Positions 10,301 to 22,336 of a stretch of 64,000 bases of DNA are shown in pieces. The notes under the pieces were generated by a model, which saw only the letters and a list, made by a program, of their open reading frames with translations, was not told the origin of the DNA and did not search any database. Positions within the stretch are counted from its first letter, which is position 1. Each line of letters begins with the position of its first letter. This stretch comes from Macrostomum lignano. Taxonomy: Eukaryota. Both the position numbers and the translations under genes were made by a program. The stretch is taken from contig NIVC01000916.1 of assembly GCA_002269645.1 (NCBI GenBank), positions 124,001 through 188,000 of the forward strand, written 5' to 3'.

Positions 10301-13300
10301 GCGGAGCTCGAAGCCGCTGACGCAGAGCACCACGCCGGCCAGCGGCTTGGAGGCTGTGGCGGACAGCACGCAGGGCCGGTACCAAGGCTCCGAGTCTGGG
10401 TCCGCCACCATCACGGCCGGGCCGTCAATGCAGTCGGCAAGCCAGGCGTCGGTCACCAGCTCGTCGGCTGACAGCAGGCCGGCCTCGGTGGCCCCGCCGC
10501 TGCCTCGCTGATAGACAACTGGCAGCACGGCCAAGTCCAGCTGAGTAGCTTCGGCAGCGGCTGCGGAGGCGACCTGGCCGCCAAGGCGGGTAACACTGCG
10601 GGCGGCGACCGCGGCGGCGGCCGGCTCCAGACCGAGGATGCCGACGCGACGGCCAGTCAGGAAGCTCTGCGTGTCGGCGGCTGTGGAGCTGTTAGCGGGC
10701 TCCTCAGTCTCTGGCAGCACATTGGCAGCTGTGGAATTGTTGTCCACCACAGAGCGAACCGGCGGCAGTTCAGTTTCATCTCCTTCTTCATCGTCCTGCT
10801 CAGCAGCCTGCTGCTCCTGCTGCTTGAGCTGGGACTCCTCTTCCCTGACATAGTCACACAGGATGTTGAGGCTTTCCTCCAGCATGTCGGACGCCGGTGG
10901 AGCGGCGGCAGCAGCAGGCGCAGCATCGCCGGGGCCCATGGTGCTGTCCCCAGTTTCATGCGCCTCATCTGCCGCTGCCGGCTGCCGCCAAAGCAGTTTG
11001 TAGGCGTCAAACGGCAGGCGCTGCTGCTTCTCGGAGCAGTCAAGCAGCCACTGCTTGGCAACCAGCACGCCGCACTGAACCCCAGCCGGTAAATCCTCCA
11101 GCTGATCCGGCTCGATGATCAGGCCTGCGTCCGCTTCGACAACGCGTTGATTCGAACTGGCGGAGATTGGCGAGGCGCCAAGCTGGCGAGCCATGGATGT
11201 CAGGCGCTGCAGCTCCGCTTGCTGACCGCGGCAGCAGGCGATCAACAGGCGCAGGTCGCGCAGCGGAGCCAGCGGCTGAGGCTGCGGCGGATTTGGAATC
11301 CGGAAGTTGTTCTCTTTGTCGATGCCGCTGGATGCCGCCGAAACAGGCGGCTGCGAAGTCGGCGCGGACGCTGTTGAAGCGGCAGTTGAGGACACCGGGT
11401 AGCAGACGCTGCGGTCGCCGGGCACGCTGGCCACGGTCTCGTTGACCCGGGACCGGTCCGGGTCCAGCAGGCAGCTGACATCGGGCGCGGTCTTCCCGCT
11501 GAGCGGCACCCGCTGCTTGTCCGGCGTGGAGCTGTTGGCGGGCTTGGCGCCGGCGCGGTTCTTGCCATCGTCCGACACCAGATAGTCGGCAATGTCCAAG
11601 CAGCACTGCTTGCGATCGCTGTCCACCACCCACTGCAGGCTGACGCAGTTGATTTTCCAATTCCGAGCGTAGTTGTACTTCTGACCGACTGGCCGGGCCA
11701 CGATGAGGTGGGTGCACTCGCCAACCACCAGGTTGCCGGTGTAGCGGCCGCCGTTTTTCACCACCAGCCGTTGAATGAGGTCCTTCTCGGTCTGCTCAAA
11801 GTTGGTAGTGGTGGCGGTCACATTGTGAAATGGCGGCACCACGTAGCGGGCGAAGTCGGGCAGGCCGAACGGCTCAACGACACTGCGACTGCGGGACCAG
11901 GCCAGGAGGCCGTCCAGCCATTCGGGCAGCAGCACTTTAATGTTGAACTGCTTAGCAACCAGGTACTTCTTCGAATTGGTGCAGGTAGTTATGAGCACGT
12001 TGACATCGTCAGTTAAATCGGGTTGGAAGTTGCCGTGCAGCATGCGGATCTTGCGCTTGACGGTGGCGCGGTCCTCGATGCCCGACACGGAGATCTGCGC
12101 GAGTTGAGGGGTGGGGTGTTGCGGGTTGAGGAGTGGGGTGCAGCAGGTTGAGGGGCGGGGAGTTGCGGGTTGAGGATGGGGTGCAGCAGGTTGAGGGGCG
12201 GGGAGTTGCGGGTTGAGGGGTGGGGAGTTGCGGGTTGAGGATGGGGTGCAGCAGGTTGAGGGGGTGGGGAGTTGTGGGTTGAGGATGGGGTGCAGCAGGT
12301 TGAGGGGCGGGGAGTTGCGGGTTGAGGGGTGGGGAGTTGCGGGTTGAGGATGGGGTGCAGCAGGTTGAGGGGGTGGGGAGTTGTAAGTTGAGGGGTGGGG
12401 AGTTGTGGGTTGAGGGGTGGGGAGTTGTGGGTTGAGGGGTGGGGAGTTGCGGGTTGAGGATGGGGTGCAGCAGGTTGAGGGGTGGGGAGTTGTGGGTTGA
12501 GGATGGGGTGCAGCAGGTTGAGGGGCGGGGAGTTGCGGGTTGAGGGGTGGGGAGTTGCGGGTTGAGGATGGGGTGCAGCAGGTTGAGGGGGTGGGGAGTT
12601 GTAAGTTGAGGGGTGGGGAGTTGTGGGTTGAGGGGTGGGGAGTTGTGGGTTGAGGGGTGGGGAGTTGTGGATTGAGAGGTGGGGAGTTGCGGGATGAGGG
12701 GGTGGGGAGTTGTGGATTGAGGGGTGGGGAGTTGCAGGTTGAGGAGTGGGGAGCAGCCGGTTGAGGAGTGGGGTTAATGGAGATGGAGTTAACCAATTGG
12801 AGTTGGGAGTTATTCAGCTTATACCTCTACCCCTCCCCGTTGCGGAGCAAAATGCCTGTATGGGCCTCTAGCAACTGCAGAACTATCTTAAATACCATTT
12901 CACGCACTTCTATCGGATACAGAATCTCCAGATACAGAGCCGCGAACTGCAGATCATCAGAGCCTCACATGGAGCTCGCCGCACCCCTCAAAACTTGCCT
13001 GCAAATCCTTGAGCGCGGCGGAGAACAGCGGCACCTCCCACTTGGGCAGCGGCAAGTCATCGCGCAGGTACTGCAGTAGCAGCTGGGCGCCGAACAGCCG
13101 GCAGCCAGGCGCGGCCGCCGCTCTCTCGTAGGCGGCGCCCTGGAAGTCCTCGAATACGAAGTAGGCCCGGCCGGAGCCGCCAGACCGCTGCTGATGCTTG
13201 GCCAGCACCGATGGCACCTGAGCCTCCGGCAGCCAGACGGCCGAGCAGCTGGGCTCCCCATCCAGCAGGCTGAAGGCCTCGCGCAGCAAGCCGTGCCGAC

Positions 13301-13454
13301 TGCCGCCAGTTGGCTCAACAAAGTACACGGTGCCCAGGCTGGCCGCCGCGGCCGACGAAGCCGTCGACATTGCCGACGAAGAAGTCGATGACGGCGGTTT
13401 CTGTTGCTGCTGCTTCTGTTGCTGCTGTTGTTGTTGCTTCCCGGACAGGCCCAT
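7357..13454 (-). CDS. TOPBP1: DNA topoisomerase II-binding protein 1 (multi-BRCT scaffold), 3 exons, ~1540 aa; three apparent 1-nt deletions in this sequence
   Basis: Exons 13454-12999 (GC donor), 12094-8659, 8090-7357. Serial BRCT repeats, e.g. [72 protein letters not shown] and EEPYEWG. Frame changes near 10080, 9070 and 7790; exon lengths (3436 and 734 nt) need +2 and +1 nt. The reading frame is open upstream to an acceptor at 13518, so the start could lie further 5'. Confidence 0.88.
8199..8272. repeat. GA-rich simple repeat in TopBP1 intron 2
   Basis: Irregular (AGAGA/AGAGG)n tract. Confidence 0.8.
12100..12780. repeat. G-rich minisatellite (GGGGTGGGGAGTTGYGGGTTGA and variants) in TopBP1 intron 1
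   Basis: Tandem G-run units up to a few nt from the acceptor at 12095; explains the false Pro-rich N-terminus of ORF 9938-12796. Confidence 0.92.
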
Positions 13455-13983
13455 CGGATAGGATCGCGCTGTTGTATCTGCCTTGGGGTTCACTTTGGCT
13501 TCGCTCTGGTCAGAAAGCTGCAAGTGAAAAATTAAAGCGCTATTTTTTTACTTTGACTGACCGAATGAATCTTAAAGTAAAATTCTTTCATTTTTACTTA
13601 TAGTAGCCTAAATAGTAAACTGAACTATTTTCTGACAATAAAAAAAGAAAGCAGAGGTTGATTATTATAATCTTAATAATTATTATGAATAGCAATCAAA
13701 GCCCAACACGAAGGGCAATAAAATAACGTTCAACCGTTTGTAACTTAAACTTGCTCAATTACATATTGTTCATGAAAATCGCGATGTCAAATGTATCAAT
13801 CAATTAATGCTATTTCGCCGTACAATAAAAGAACGGGAAATTGGATGAATAGGATGGCAAAAACTACGTGAATTAAAAGCTAGGAACAAAATTTTTTGAC
13901 ATAATAACATCACTGACAGAGGCGCAATGGCAAAAGTAGACCGATTCACAGCATTTTATAGTTTAATTTATACTTTCCCAAGG

Positions 13984-14250
13984 CTATGCGGTTGCTTAGC
14001 TTTTAAGCCGGTTGTGTGAGACAGGGGTTGCTAGTTGCTAGGCTCTTAAGCCGGTTGCAATGCGGTTGCTAGACTCTTAATCCGGTTGCTATGCGGTTGC
14101 TAGGCTCATAAGCCCGTTTCTATGCGGTTGCTAGGCTCTTAATCCGGTTGCTAGGCTCTTAAGCCGGTTGCTGTGCGGTTGCTAGGCTCTTAATCCGGTT
14201 GCTATGCGGTTGCTAATTGCTTGAAATCTCCCGTTGCTATGCGATTACTA
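13984..14250. repeat. ~30-bp degenerate tandem repeat (CTATGCGGTTGCTAGGCTCTTAAKCCGGTTG) between ACAA2 and TopBP1
   Basis: About 8 imperfect units. Confidence 0.85.
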
Positions 14251-14360
14251 ATCGAATAAATCAAATAGAAAAAATCGATTCATAGTCAACAATTGAAATC
14301 CAAAAGATGTTACACAATTAAAAAGCAATCAATCAATCAGCAAGGTTTTTAATCAGACTG

Positions 14361-16210
14361 TCAGCACCGCTCAATCATGATGGCGATGCCCTGACCGCCT
14401 CCAATACAAGCCGAACCGATTGCCAGCTTCTTGTCGCGCCTGTGCAGCTCGTGAGCCAGGTGCGCCATGATCCGGCTGCCGCTGGCGCCGACCGGATGAC
14501 CGAGGGCGATGGCGCCGCCGTTGACGTTGGTGATGGCGCGGTCCAGGCTGAGCTGCCGCTCAACGGCCAGGTACTGCGGCGCGAAGGCTTCGTTGACTTC
14601 GACAAGGTCGACCTGGGCGAGGCTGCGGCCAGTCTTGGCCAGCAGGCCCTGCACCGCGGGCACGGGCCCGATGCCCATGATGCTGGGGTCGCAGCCGACG
14701 AAATGATAGCCGACTAGGCGGGCCAGCGGCTTCAGGCTGTGCCGCTTCAGGGCCGCCTCGGAGGCCAGCACCAGGGCGGCGGCTCCGTCGCAAATGCCGG
14801 ACGCGTTGCCGGCGTGGACAACGCCGTTCTTCTTGAACACGGGCGGCAGCTTGGCCATGGTCTCTACCGTGGCCGCGCGCGGGTGCTCGTCTACGGCGAA
14901 CTCTGTGGGGCCCTTCTTGCCCTTGACCTGGGGAGTAGGGGGGGGGGGCATGGGGGATAGGAAATCAATTGAATCCAAGTTCCTAATTATGAGACCTGTA
15001 TTGCTAACTCCAAGTCCTATCTTCCTAACACCAAGTGTTAGACCTTAGACCGAATTCCCAGACTCCTAATCCCAATTCCCAGACCCCTAATCCCAATTCC
15101 CAGACACAATTCCAATTCCCAGACCCAAATCCCAATTCCAGGACCCTTAATCCCAAGTCCCAGACCCCTAATCCAAATTCCCAGACCCCTAATCCAAATT
15201 CCCCAGACCCCTAATCCCAATTCCAGGACCCTTAATCCCAATTCCCAGACCCCTAATCCCAATTCCAGGACCCTTAATCCCAATTCCCAGACCCCTAATC
15301 CCAATCCCAGGATCCTTAATCCCAATTCCCAGACCCCTAATCCAATTCCAGGACCCTTAATCCAAATTCCCAGACCCCTAATCCAAATTCCCAGACCGCT
15401 AATCCCAATTCCCAGACCCCAAATCCCAATTCCAGGACCCTTAATCCCAATTCCCAGACCGCTAATCCCAATTCCCAGACCCCAAATCCCAATTCTCAGA
15501 CCACTAATCCCAAGTCTCAGATTTAATCCATTTACTATCTAGCTCGAATAGATCATATTTCCCAAATGACGAAAAATTCGCACCTGCATGGGCACAATCT
15601 CGGCTTTGAAGGCGCCGTCAGCGTTGGCCTTCTGCCATCTGTCCTGGCTGACCACGGCGAACTCGTCGCACTCCTTCCTGGTCAGCTGGAATTTCTCGGC
15701 CAGATTCTCGGCCGTGACGCCCATGGGAGTTTTGATCTGCTTATCGATCAGGCCGTGCCACAGCAGGTCCGTCAGCTCGTAGTCGGTGCCGAACTTCGTG
15801 CCAAACCGGACGCCCCAGACTGCGTAGGGGGTGCCGCTCATGCTCTCCGAGCCGCCAGCGATGGAGACTTCGCTGTCGCCCAGAAGAATCTCGTTGGTGG
15901 CGCTGACCACGGACTGGAAGCCGGAGCCGCACAGCCGGTTGACGTTGAAAGCCGGCGTGGAGATCGGCAGGCCGAGGCGGACGGCCACGTGGCGCGACAG
16001 CATGGCGGTGTCCCGGTGGCTCTGGATGACGTTGCCGAACACCACGGAGCCGATGGCGTCTTTCGGAGCGCCGCTGGCCTCCAGCGCGGCGCGGGCCGCC
16101 GTCTCGGCCAAGTCGGTGGCCGAGTGGTCCTTGAGCGCGCCACCGAATGCGCCGAACGGCGTTCGCTTAGCGGCGACAATAAAGACGCCGGATTTGGACA
16201 GGGCAGCCAT
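14361..16210 (-). CDS. ACAA2: 3-ketoacyl-CoA thiolase, mitochondrial type, 2 exons, 397 aa
   Basis: Exons 16210-15584 and 14927-14361, phase 0, GT-AG. Thiolase motifs [10 protein letters not shown] (catalytic Cys), [15 protein letters not shown] and [10 protein letters not shown]-terminus [17 protein letters not shown] is typical of ACAA2. Confidence 0.95.
15050..15520. repeat. 21-bp minisatellite (CCAGACCCCTAATCCCAATTC)n in the ACAA2 intron
   Basis: About 22 imperfect units. Confidence 0.92.
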
Positions 16211-17983
16211 GAGACACAATGCTGACTATTAATGCGCGTTTATACTACTAATGTAAAAGGATGAACAAGTAGTGCACAGATCCCGGTACCTAGACCAAAT
16301 AGCGTCCCAGAGTTGCAGATAACACAGGTAAAATAGGAAAGAAGTGACTCTAGTTTTCTAGTTGTATTTGAGGCATGCCAGAGTTGCTGTAGAATCACTG
16401 AGTTGCTTCTAAAGCACACCTGCACCACTTTATGAATTAGAATCGAACTTTGCGCTTATACAAACTCAAGTCTACTTGAGTTAGTAGAAATTCAAGCGGC
16501 AACACAATGCTTGTATAACTTTTTGAGACTTTTAGGATTCTGCAACTCATGTGATGCGCTTGTGACTCAATAGTTGCCTTTGTTGGATTACAAGAGTCAT
16601 TACAAAAGTTACAAGAGTCTTCCTACAGTTGCTAATGAGTTGTTTGTTTCCAAGCATGGTTGTTTGCAATGACTCTAGTGATTCTAGTCACCATTTCCAA
16701 TGGGTATGGGTCTTACATTGAAAAAAAGTTTTTTGCTTATATATTCTTTTCTAAGTCCTTTCATAAGATAGAATAGGACAGATAATAGCTAGGTTTATTG
16801 TGCCAACTATGTCATGCCACATTCACCTTAATTGTTGGCATCCTGAATTTGGACCCAGATACCCAATTGGCACCATGATTTTTCAAGGCCTAATTCCATT
16901 TTCTGTTATTTATGTTGTTTTTGAAATATCAATAAGTTCATAATTATATGGCTTCCAAAACTTCAATCATAAATTTGACTAATCTATAAACATAGAACCT
17001 ATAGACTTCTGCAACTTCTCTGTCAAAGAGACCCAATAGTGTAAAGAGATAGAAGATATATAGTCATTGAGTTTATAAATATTTATCAAAAGCTAAAAAA
17101 TAGAAAGAAGCTTAATATCCACTCAATTCTTTTAAGGACTTAAGACTCAAAGGAATATTAGAGCTATATATTTGATGAGTAAAAGTAAAGTAATAGAAAA
17201 TTTATAGAATTGAATATTTTTTATTTTTTAAGCTTTTATAAAATAAAAAAGCAATGATATATTATTAATGATTGATAAATTAAACAATTATTGTCTAATA
17301 TGATTAGATTTAATATTATTGAAATAAAAGTTATAAGTTGTAAGAAATTTATTAGTTAGCTATTATGTAAACAAAAAAATAGGTTATAGGCCTTAATATA
17401 AACTCATATTTATAGCTCTATTATTAGTAAATGATTATAACTAATATTGGCATCAAAAAAATAATAGAAAAGGCAAAGTAACAGTAACTTATATAAATAT
17501 TTTAAAACAGGAAATTGCAAAGTTGCTTATCTTAGATGCTTAATAAAATAATAATTTAATAGACTAATATTAATTAAATTATAACTTATTCAATAAATCA
17601 TAACTTTATGCCAAACTTATTATATTAGGCTTTGTACTTAAAATATATAAAATGTAACTTACATTACTTACTAAATGCCTTAGAAATGTTTGGCATTTCA
17701 ATCTTATCCCAAATTGTTTCTATTTAGCATTATATAAAAAATACGCATAAGAAAGTAAAAGACTAATTTATTGACTAGGGGCCTATATCTATCTACTATA
17801 ATAAAAAGTATAATATTAAATAATAAGGCTAAGAAAAACATAGTATAAAAAGACAATGTTAGCCAGTTATGATTTATATAAGCCTAGCCAAAGAATTATT
17901 AACAATTTAACAATAATTCTCTTGAATGAATGAGATCATTCAACCCATTAAATAGAAATAGGTAACAATTGTATATTAGTTAA

Positions 17984-18510
17984 GGATTGCAATCCTGAGA
18001 TCTTGGGATCCCAAAATCCTAGGATTGGGCCCAAATCCCAGGACTAATTTTTGTTAGTAAAGTGCTATATTATGAATATAATAAGGCCTACAATTAGTTT
18101 ATTATACTGCCCTTATTTCTATTAATTACCTTATGTTGCTTAGGGCCTTTTTAAACCCTGCATCACAGATTTAAATGTGAAATTTATTCTAATATTAATT
18201 TTGATATACAATTTGCATCTTTAATATCTCAAAAAGTTAGTACTTTTATATTACTTACTTTAGGCCCTAATACTCACAAGATAATACTGTTTTTTATCTA
18301 TAAATAGATCATTATTTCTATAAGAATAAAAAATAGAAGCAAAAAATATTAAGCGCATATTTTGCCTTAAAATTTTAACTCAGAAGCTTAAAAATCTTTT
18401 TTTTTCTGATCTTAGGATTGAATCCTAGGATTGGCCAAATTCTATGACTGAATCCTAGGATCATGTCATGGGATTGCAAAAAGTTTGGGATTTGTTGGGA
18501 CTAGGATATT
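17984..18510. mobile_element. Decayed MITE-like element built from ATCCCGGGAT-type palindromic units
   Basis: Clusters of ATCCTAGGAT / ATCTTGGGAT / ATCCCAGGAC at 17984-18045 and 18410-18510 with GGATTGCAA at both clusters. The ancestral ATCCCGGGAT unit is inferred. Confidence 0.5.
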
Positions 18511-20031
18511 AATGCTAAGAAATGTTGAAAATAGTATAGGTAGCTAAATATAAATAAATCCATAGTTTAATAATAATTATTACCATTTATTTTATAGGCC
18601 TATTACTAAAGCATTTGGCTTTAGTAAAGGAATAACAATTTCATTATTATTTAGGCCCAACCTATTAAACAAATAAAACTAAACTTTGTGTAAGTCTAAA
18701 ATAAATGTTTTTACCAGTGCATTAAAAGACAATAATTTTATCATTTAATTACAAGGAAGAGGTACATCATTAGCCAGTAACCACAAACCAACCATCCTAA
18801 CTAAACATTTATAAATCAAGCCAAAAGGGTAGAAAGCTGAACGGTAAGGAACTTAATGCAAAATGCTTGTGTTCCTAAACAGAAGAAAACCCATGGCAAA
18901 ACTCCTATGAAAATTTAGCCTGAAAACAATCCAAAGGCTCCTCCAGCAACTGCATACTAAAAAAAGAAACTGTATCGTCACGTGTGATCAAAAGGGCGTT
19001 TCCATAAAACACGACTATTTTTACTGCTTGAATATTATGGAGTATAACAAATAACTAAGACAACGTTTAGAGTTCATGATAATATTTCGCGCAAGTTTAA
19101 ATTAGTTTACATTCGGTGTTTTTCAAGTTCAGATTGTCGAAACCGCACTAAACTAAAAGAAGTAGAAGGCAAGGCTTGTAAAGGAAGAACTTATAATGTA
19201 GAAAACTACCTGTCTAGTCTCCATACTTTATTTTACTTCAATTGTTATACTATTTATGCAGTTTGTATCTCAAAAAATCAACAATGGCTCACTTGGCAAT
19301 GAATGTTCGTAGGGACTAACAATGCATTTATTGAGACTTTAAACTGACATTATTGAGCATCTATCTATTAGTCACATATTAAAATATGTAAGATTTCATA
19401 GACTTCAAAAGCATTTCAAATCTTCCAGGATTTATGAAAGAAATAGCCAAATAAGAAGGAAATCACTTTGTGATGTTAATGGACTTGGTACTACTTACAA
19501 ACAAAAACTGTGATCACAAATATGTCATAAATTATAAGTTTGTTCTTACCTAAGCAATCTAAGCTCTGCACCTTCACCTCTGTATTTAACAGATTTTTTG
19601 CTGAAATCAAGAAACATTATATATTAAACCTTCTTGGTGGTCCTCATGCAAAACACAACATCATTTAATTGTTTTTTAACCAACCAGATGCTGCAGAACA
19701 TTTTATACAGCTAAGACAAAATATTTTAACATTGTTTATGGCACATGGCAAAAATATGTTACATATCAGTCAGGAAAATATGTGAATATTGCATAACAAA
19801 TGGTAGTGAAACTTGTACATGTGCAATCCATGATTTAAAAATCAATTTAATAGTTATTTATAGCAATAGCTATAATAGCTCAAAAATCTCAAAGTTAGTA
19901 AAATCATGCATGAATGCAAAACTAAACCAGTAAAAAAACTTGTTTATAGAAGCACTTAAACCAGTCCATTTTCTCAGTTCACAAATGATCAGTACCTCAA
20001 AAAACTTCGACTCCAACTCAACAGAAGCACC

Positions 20032-21306
20032 ATGCCGCCGAGAGGATTCAAGTGCACCGTGGAGGTCAGCATCGAGTCGGTGGCCTCGCCAGGCGCCTGG
20101 CTGCCCAACCGGGACCCGCTCTACCTCACCGTGGAAATGTTCGGCCAAGCAAAGCGGACTCGCCTGGTTGACCCGGCATTCCCTCTCTGCCTGCACGAGC
20201 GATTCGTCTTCGAGAAGCTGTTTTGGCCAGCAGCGGATCCCCAGGACGTCTTGGAGATGCTGGACGAGCTGCCAGTGACAGTGGAGCTGCGCCAGGTCAC
20301 GGATGTCTACCTTGGCGGCTGCCTGCTCGCCTACTTTGACGCCGGCGCCAGGGATTTTCTCTACCCGGCCGGCGGCACCGCGGCAGCTCTCGCCAGCGGC
20401 TGCGCCGTCCACCGCGGCAGCCGGCAGGCGCAGCTGATCCGCACCGTCGACTTCCTCGGCCCCGGGCCACGCTTCGAGTTCAGCACCCGAGCCGTCATTG
20501 AGCAAACTAACTTGACCACCGGAGACTTCGACTCCGACCTACTCGGCGTGGACAGCGACGGTCTGGACGATGATTACTACGATGACGACGATGACCTGGA
20601 CGCGACGGTGACTCCGACCAGGCGACTGAGACGCCGCCGCCTCCGACGCGCGCGCCCCGGCTACAGCCGGCAGACCTTGTCGGCCGTCATGCGCTGCCGC
20701 TCGCCAGGCCGCTACGCCTCCGCCGCCGCGGCCGCCGCCCTGCGCGCTTCCGGCGACGACTTTGAAGCCGAGGAACGACGATTGCGACGGCGCCGGAGCA
20801 AACCGCCGCAGGCGGCCGCGACACTGGCAGCTCCTGTTCGCGTCGACGGTCGTCCACCGTTCGTCGTCCGACACGTCGACAAGAATCTGGTGAGCCGGAA
20901 GCCGGTCCTGCACGACACGCTGACTCGTCTGGGAGGCCCGCGCGCCCCCGTTCGGCCGCCTGCCGCCTCGTCCAGCCTCAGGCGCAGCCGGTCATCCTCC
21001 GACCTTCGCCGGTCGATGCCGGCCGGCCCGGGGCCCTACGGCGGGGCCGGGGCCGGACGAGACTACGGCGACGAGTTCGACGAGGACCTCGGCACCTACC
21101 GGGCGCCATCGGCCTACGTGTCCGGCCGGGAGGACCGGCACGGCGGCTCCCCGCTGCGGCACCGGCTGTACGACGCCTACTTCCGGCGCGGCACGGACGA
21201 CTACGAGTTTGGACTGGACGGGGACAGGGACTACGAAGATTTTGAATACGGTTCCGGTGGATTGGAGCGCGGGATGCGGCGAGTTCGAATCCGCGATGGC
21301 TACTGA
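20032..21306 (+). CDS. SPATA6: Spermatogenesis-associated protein 6 family protein (N-terminal SPATA6 domain), intronless, 424 aa
   Basis: Single GC-rich ORF. CTVEVSIESVASPG, LYLTVEMFGQAKRT, PAFPLCLHERFVFEK, ARDFLYP and RPPFVVRHVD resemble the conserved SPATA6/SPATA6L blocks. Confidence 0.8.
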   Translation: MPPRGFKCTVEVSIESVASPGAWLPNRDPLYLTVEMFGQAKRTRLVDPAFPLCLHERFVFEKLFWPAADPQDVLEMLDELPVTVELRQVTDVYLGGCLLAYFDAGARDFLYPAGGTAAALASGCAVHRGSRQAQLIRTVDFLGPGPRFEFSTRAVIEQTNLTTGDFDSDLLGVDSDGLDDDYYDDDDDLDATVTPTRRLRRRRLRRARPGYSRQTLSAVMRCRSPGRYASAAAAAALRASGDDFEAEERRLRRRRSKPPQAAATLAAPVRVDGRPPFVVRHVDKNLVSRKPVLHDTLTRLGGPRAPVRPPAASSSLRRSRSSSDLRRSMPAGPGPYGGAGAGRDYGDEFDEDLGTYRAPSAYVSGREDRHGGSPLRHRLYDAYFRRGTDDYEFGLDGDRDYEDFEYGSGGLERGMRRVRIRDGY

Positions 21307-22336
21307 AACTTAGCAGGCGTCATGGACTTCATAAAGTAAATGGCCGGGTGATTTCAACGCATTGGACAGCATTAGCTTTAGTCTATAGGAGATTTTCCCA
21401 GGAGATACTAACAGTGGGACTGAGTAACAGTTTAAATTTATTTTAGTAAACTTTAAACAGAACTACCACTGGCAAAAATAAAGACTCAAACAAAAAATCT
21501 TGAGAAAGAACTCCATCAAGCCTTAAAATAAATATTATTCATAAATTTTCAGTCTCAAATGAGTTACAAGAACTACACTAACCTGTCCTTATCAAATCAC
21601 TTTGTAAAGCTGCACTTCTCTTATGTTTTATCTACCTTAGCTAGTTTAGTGCCGCAAGCAAGGAATGGTGGCTTTTGCATGTCTCCTACCTGCCTTATTT
21701 TCAACGCATGTTCCTGGGACAGATACGGCTGCAGTGTCCTAAAAGTTCTCTATTGATTTTTTTATTGTCACAAGCAGCTGCAGGGCAGCTCATTAAGTGT
21801 TTTGTTAAGATTAATATTTGATCAACTACTAATAGTAGCAGAGTTTGGTATCCTTGTAATCAGGAAAAAATTAAAACTTCTGGCACTCCTTGATTGATAT
21901 TAATTACCATTTACCCCTTTGCTTTAAGCCTCTGAATTCTTATAAATATTTATTGCACCGTTGCTCAGTAAACTTCAACTGCGACTAAAAATGTTTCTTG
22001 ATGAAAATTTTCAAAACTATCAGTAATCCTGTGTGACATTTCAATGTTGAAATTTTTATTATAACTGCGATATGAATATTTTTTGATACTCTTCTGCGTG
22101 CTTATTTTTATCGTTGTATCGTTGTGTTTTATAGAAGTAAAAGAATAAAGTCGAATTCTGTTGCTATTTTGAATATTTTGCGCTTGAATTGTTTGGGTTT
22201 TCTGGTTTCGATTTTTTGTCTTTCCTTCAAAAATCCAATCAACAGTTGAATGAGAAAAAACTTATCATGACTTCAATCTGAAACAGCTGCTGTTTTTCTG
22301 CGCCTTCCAGCCAGTCACCGGTTGTGCAGCCGCGAG

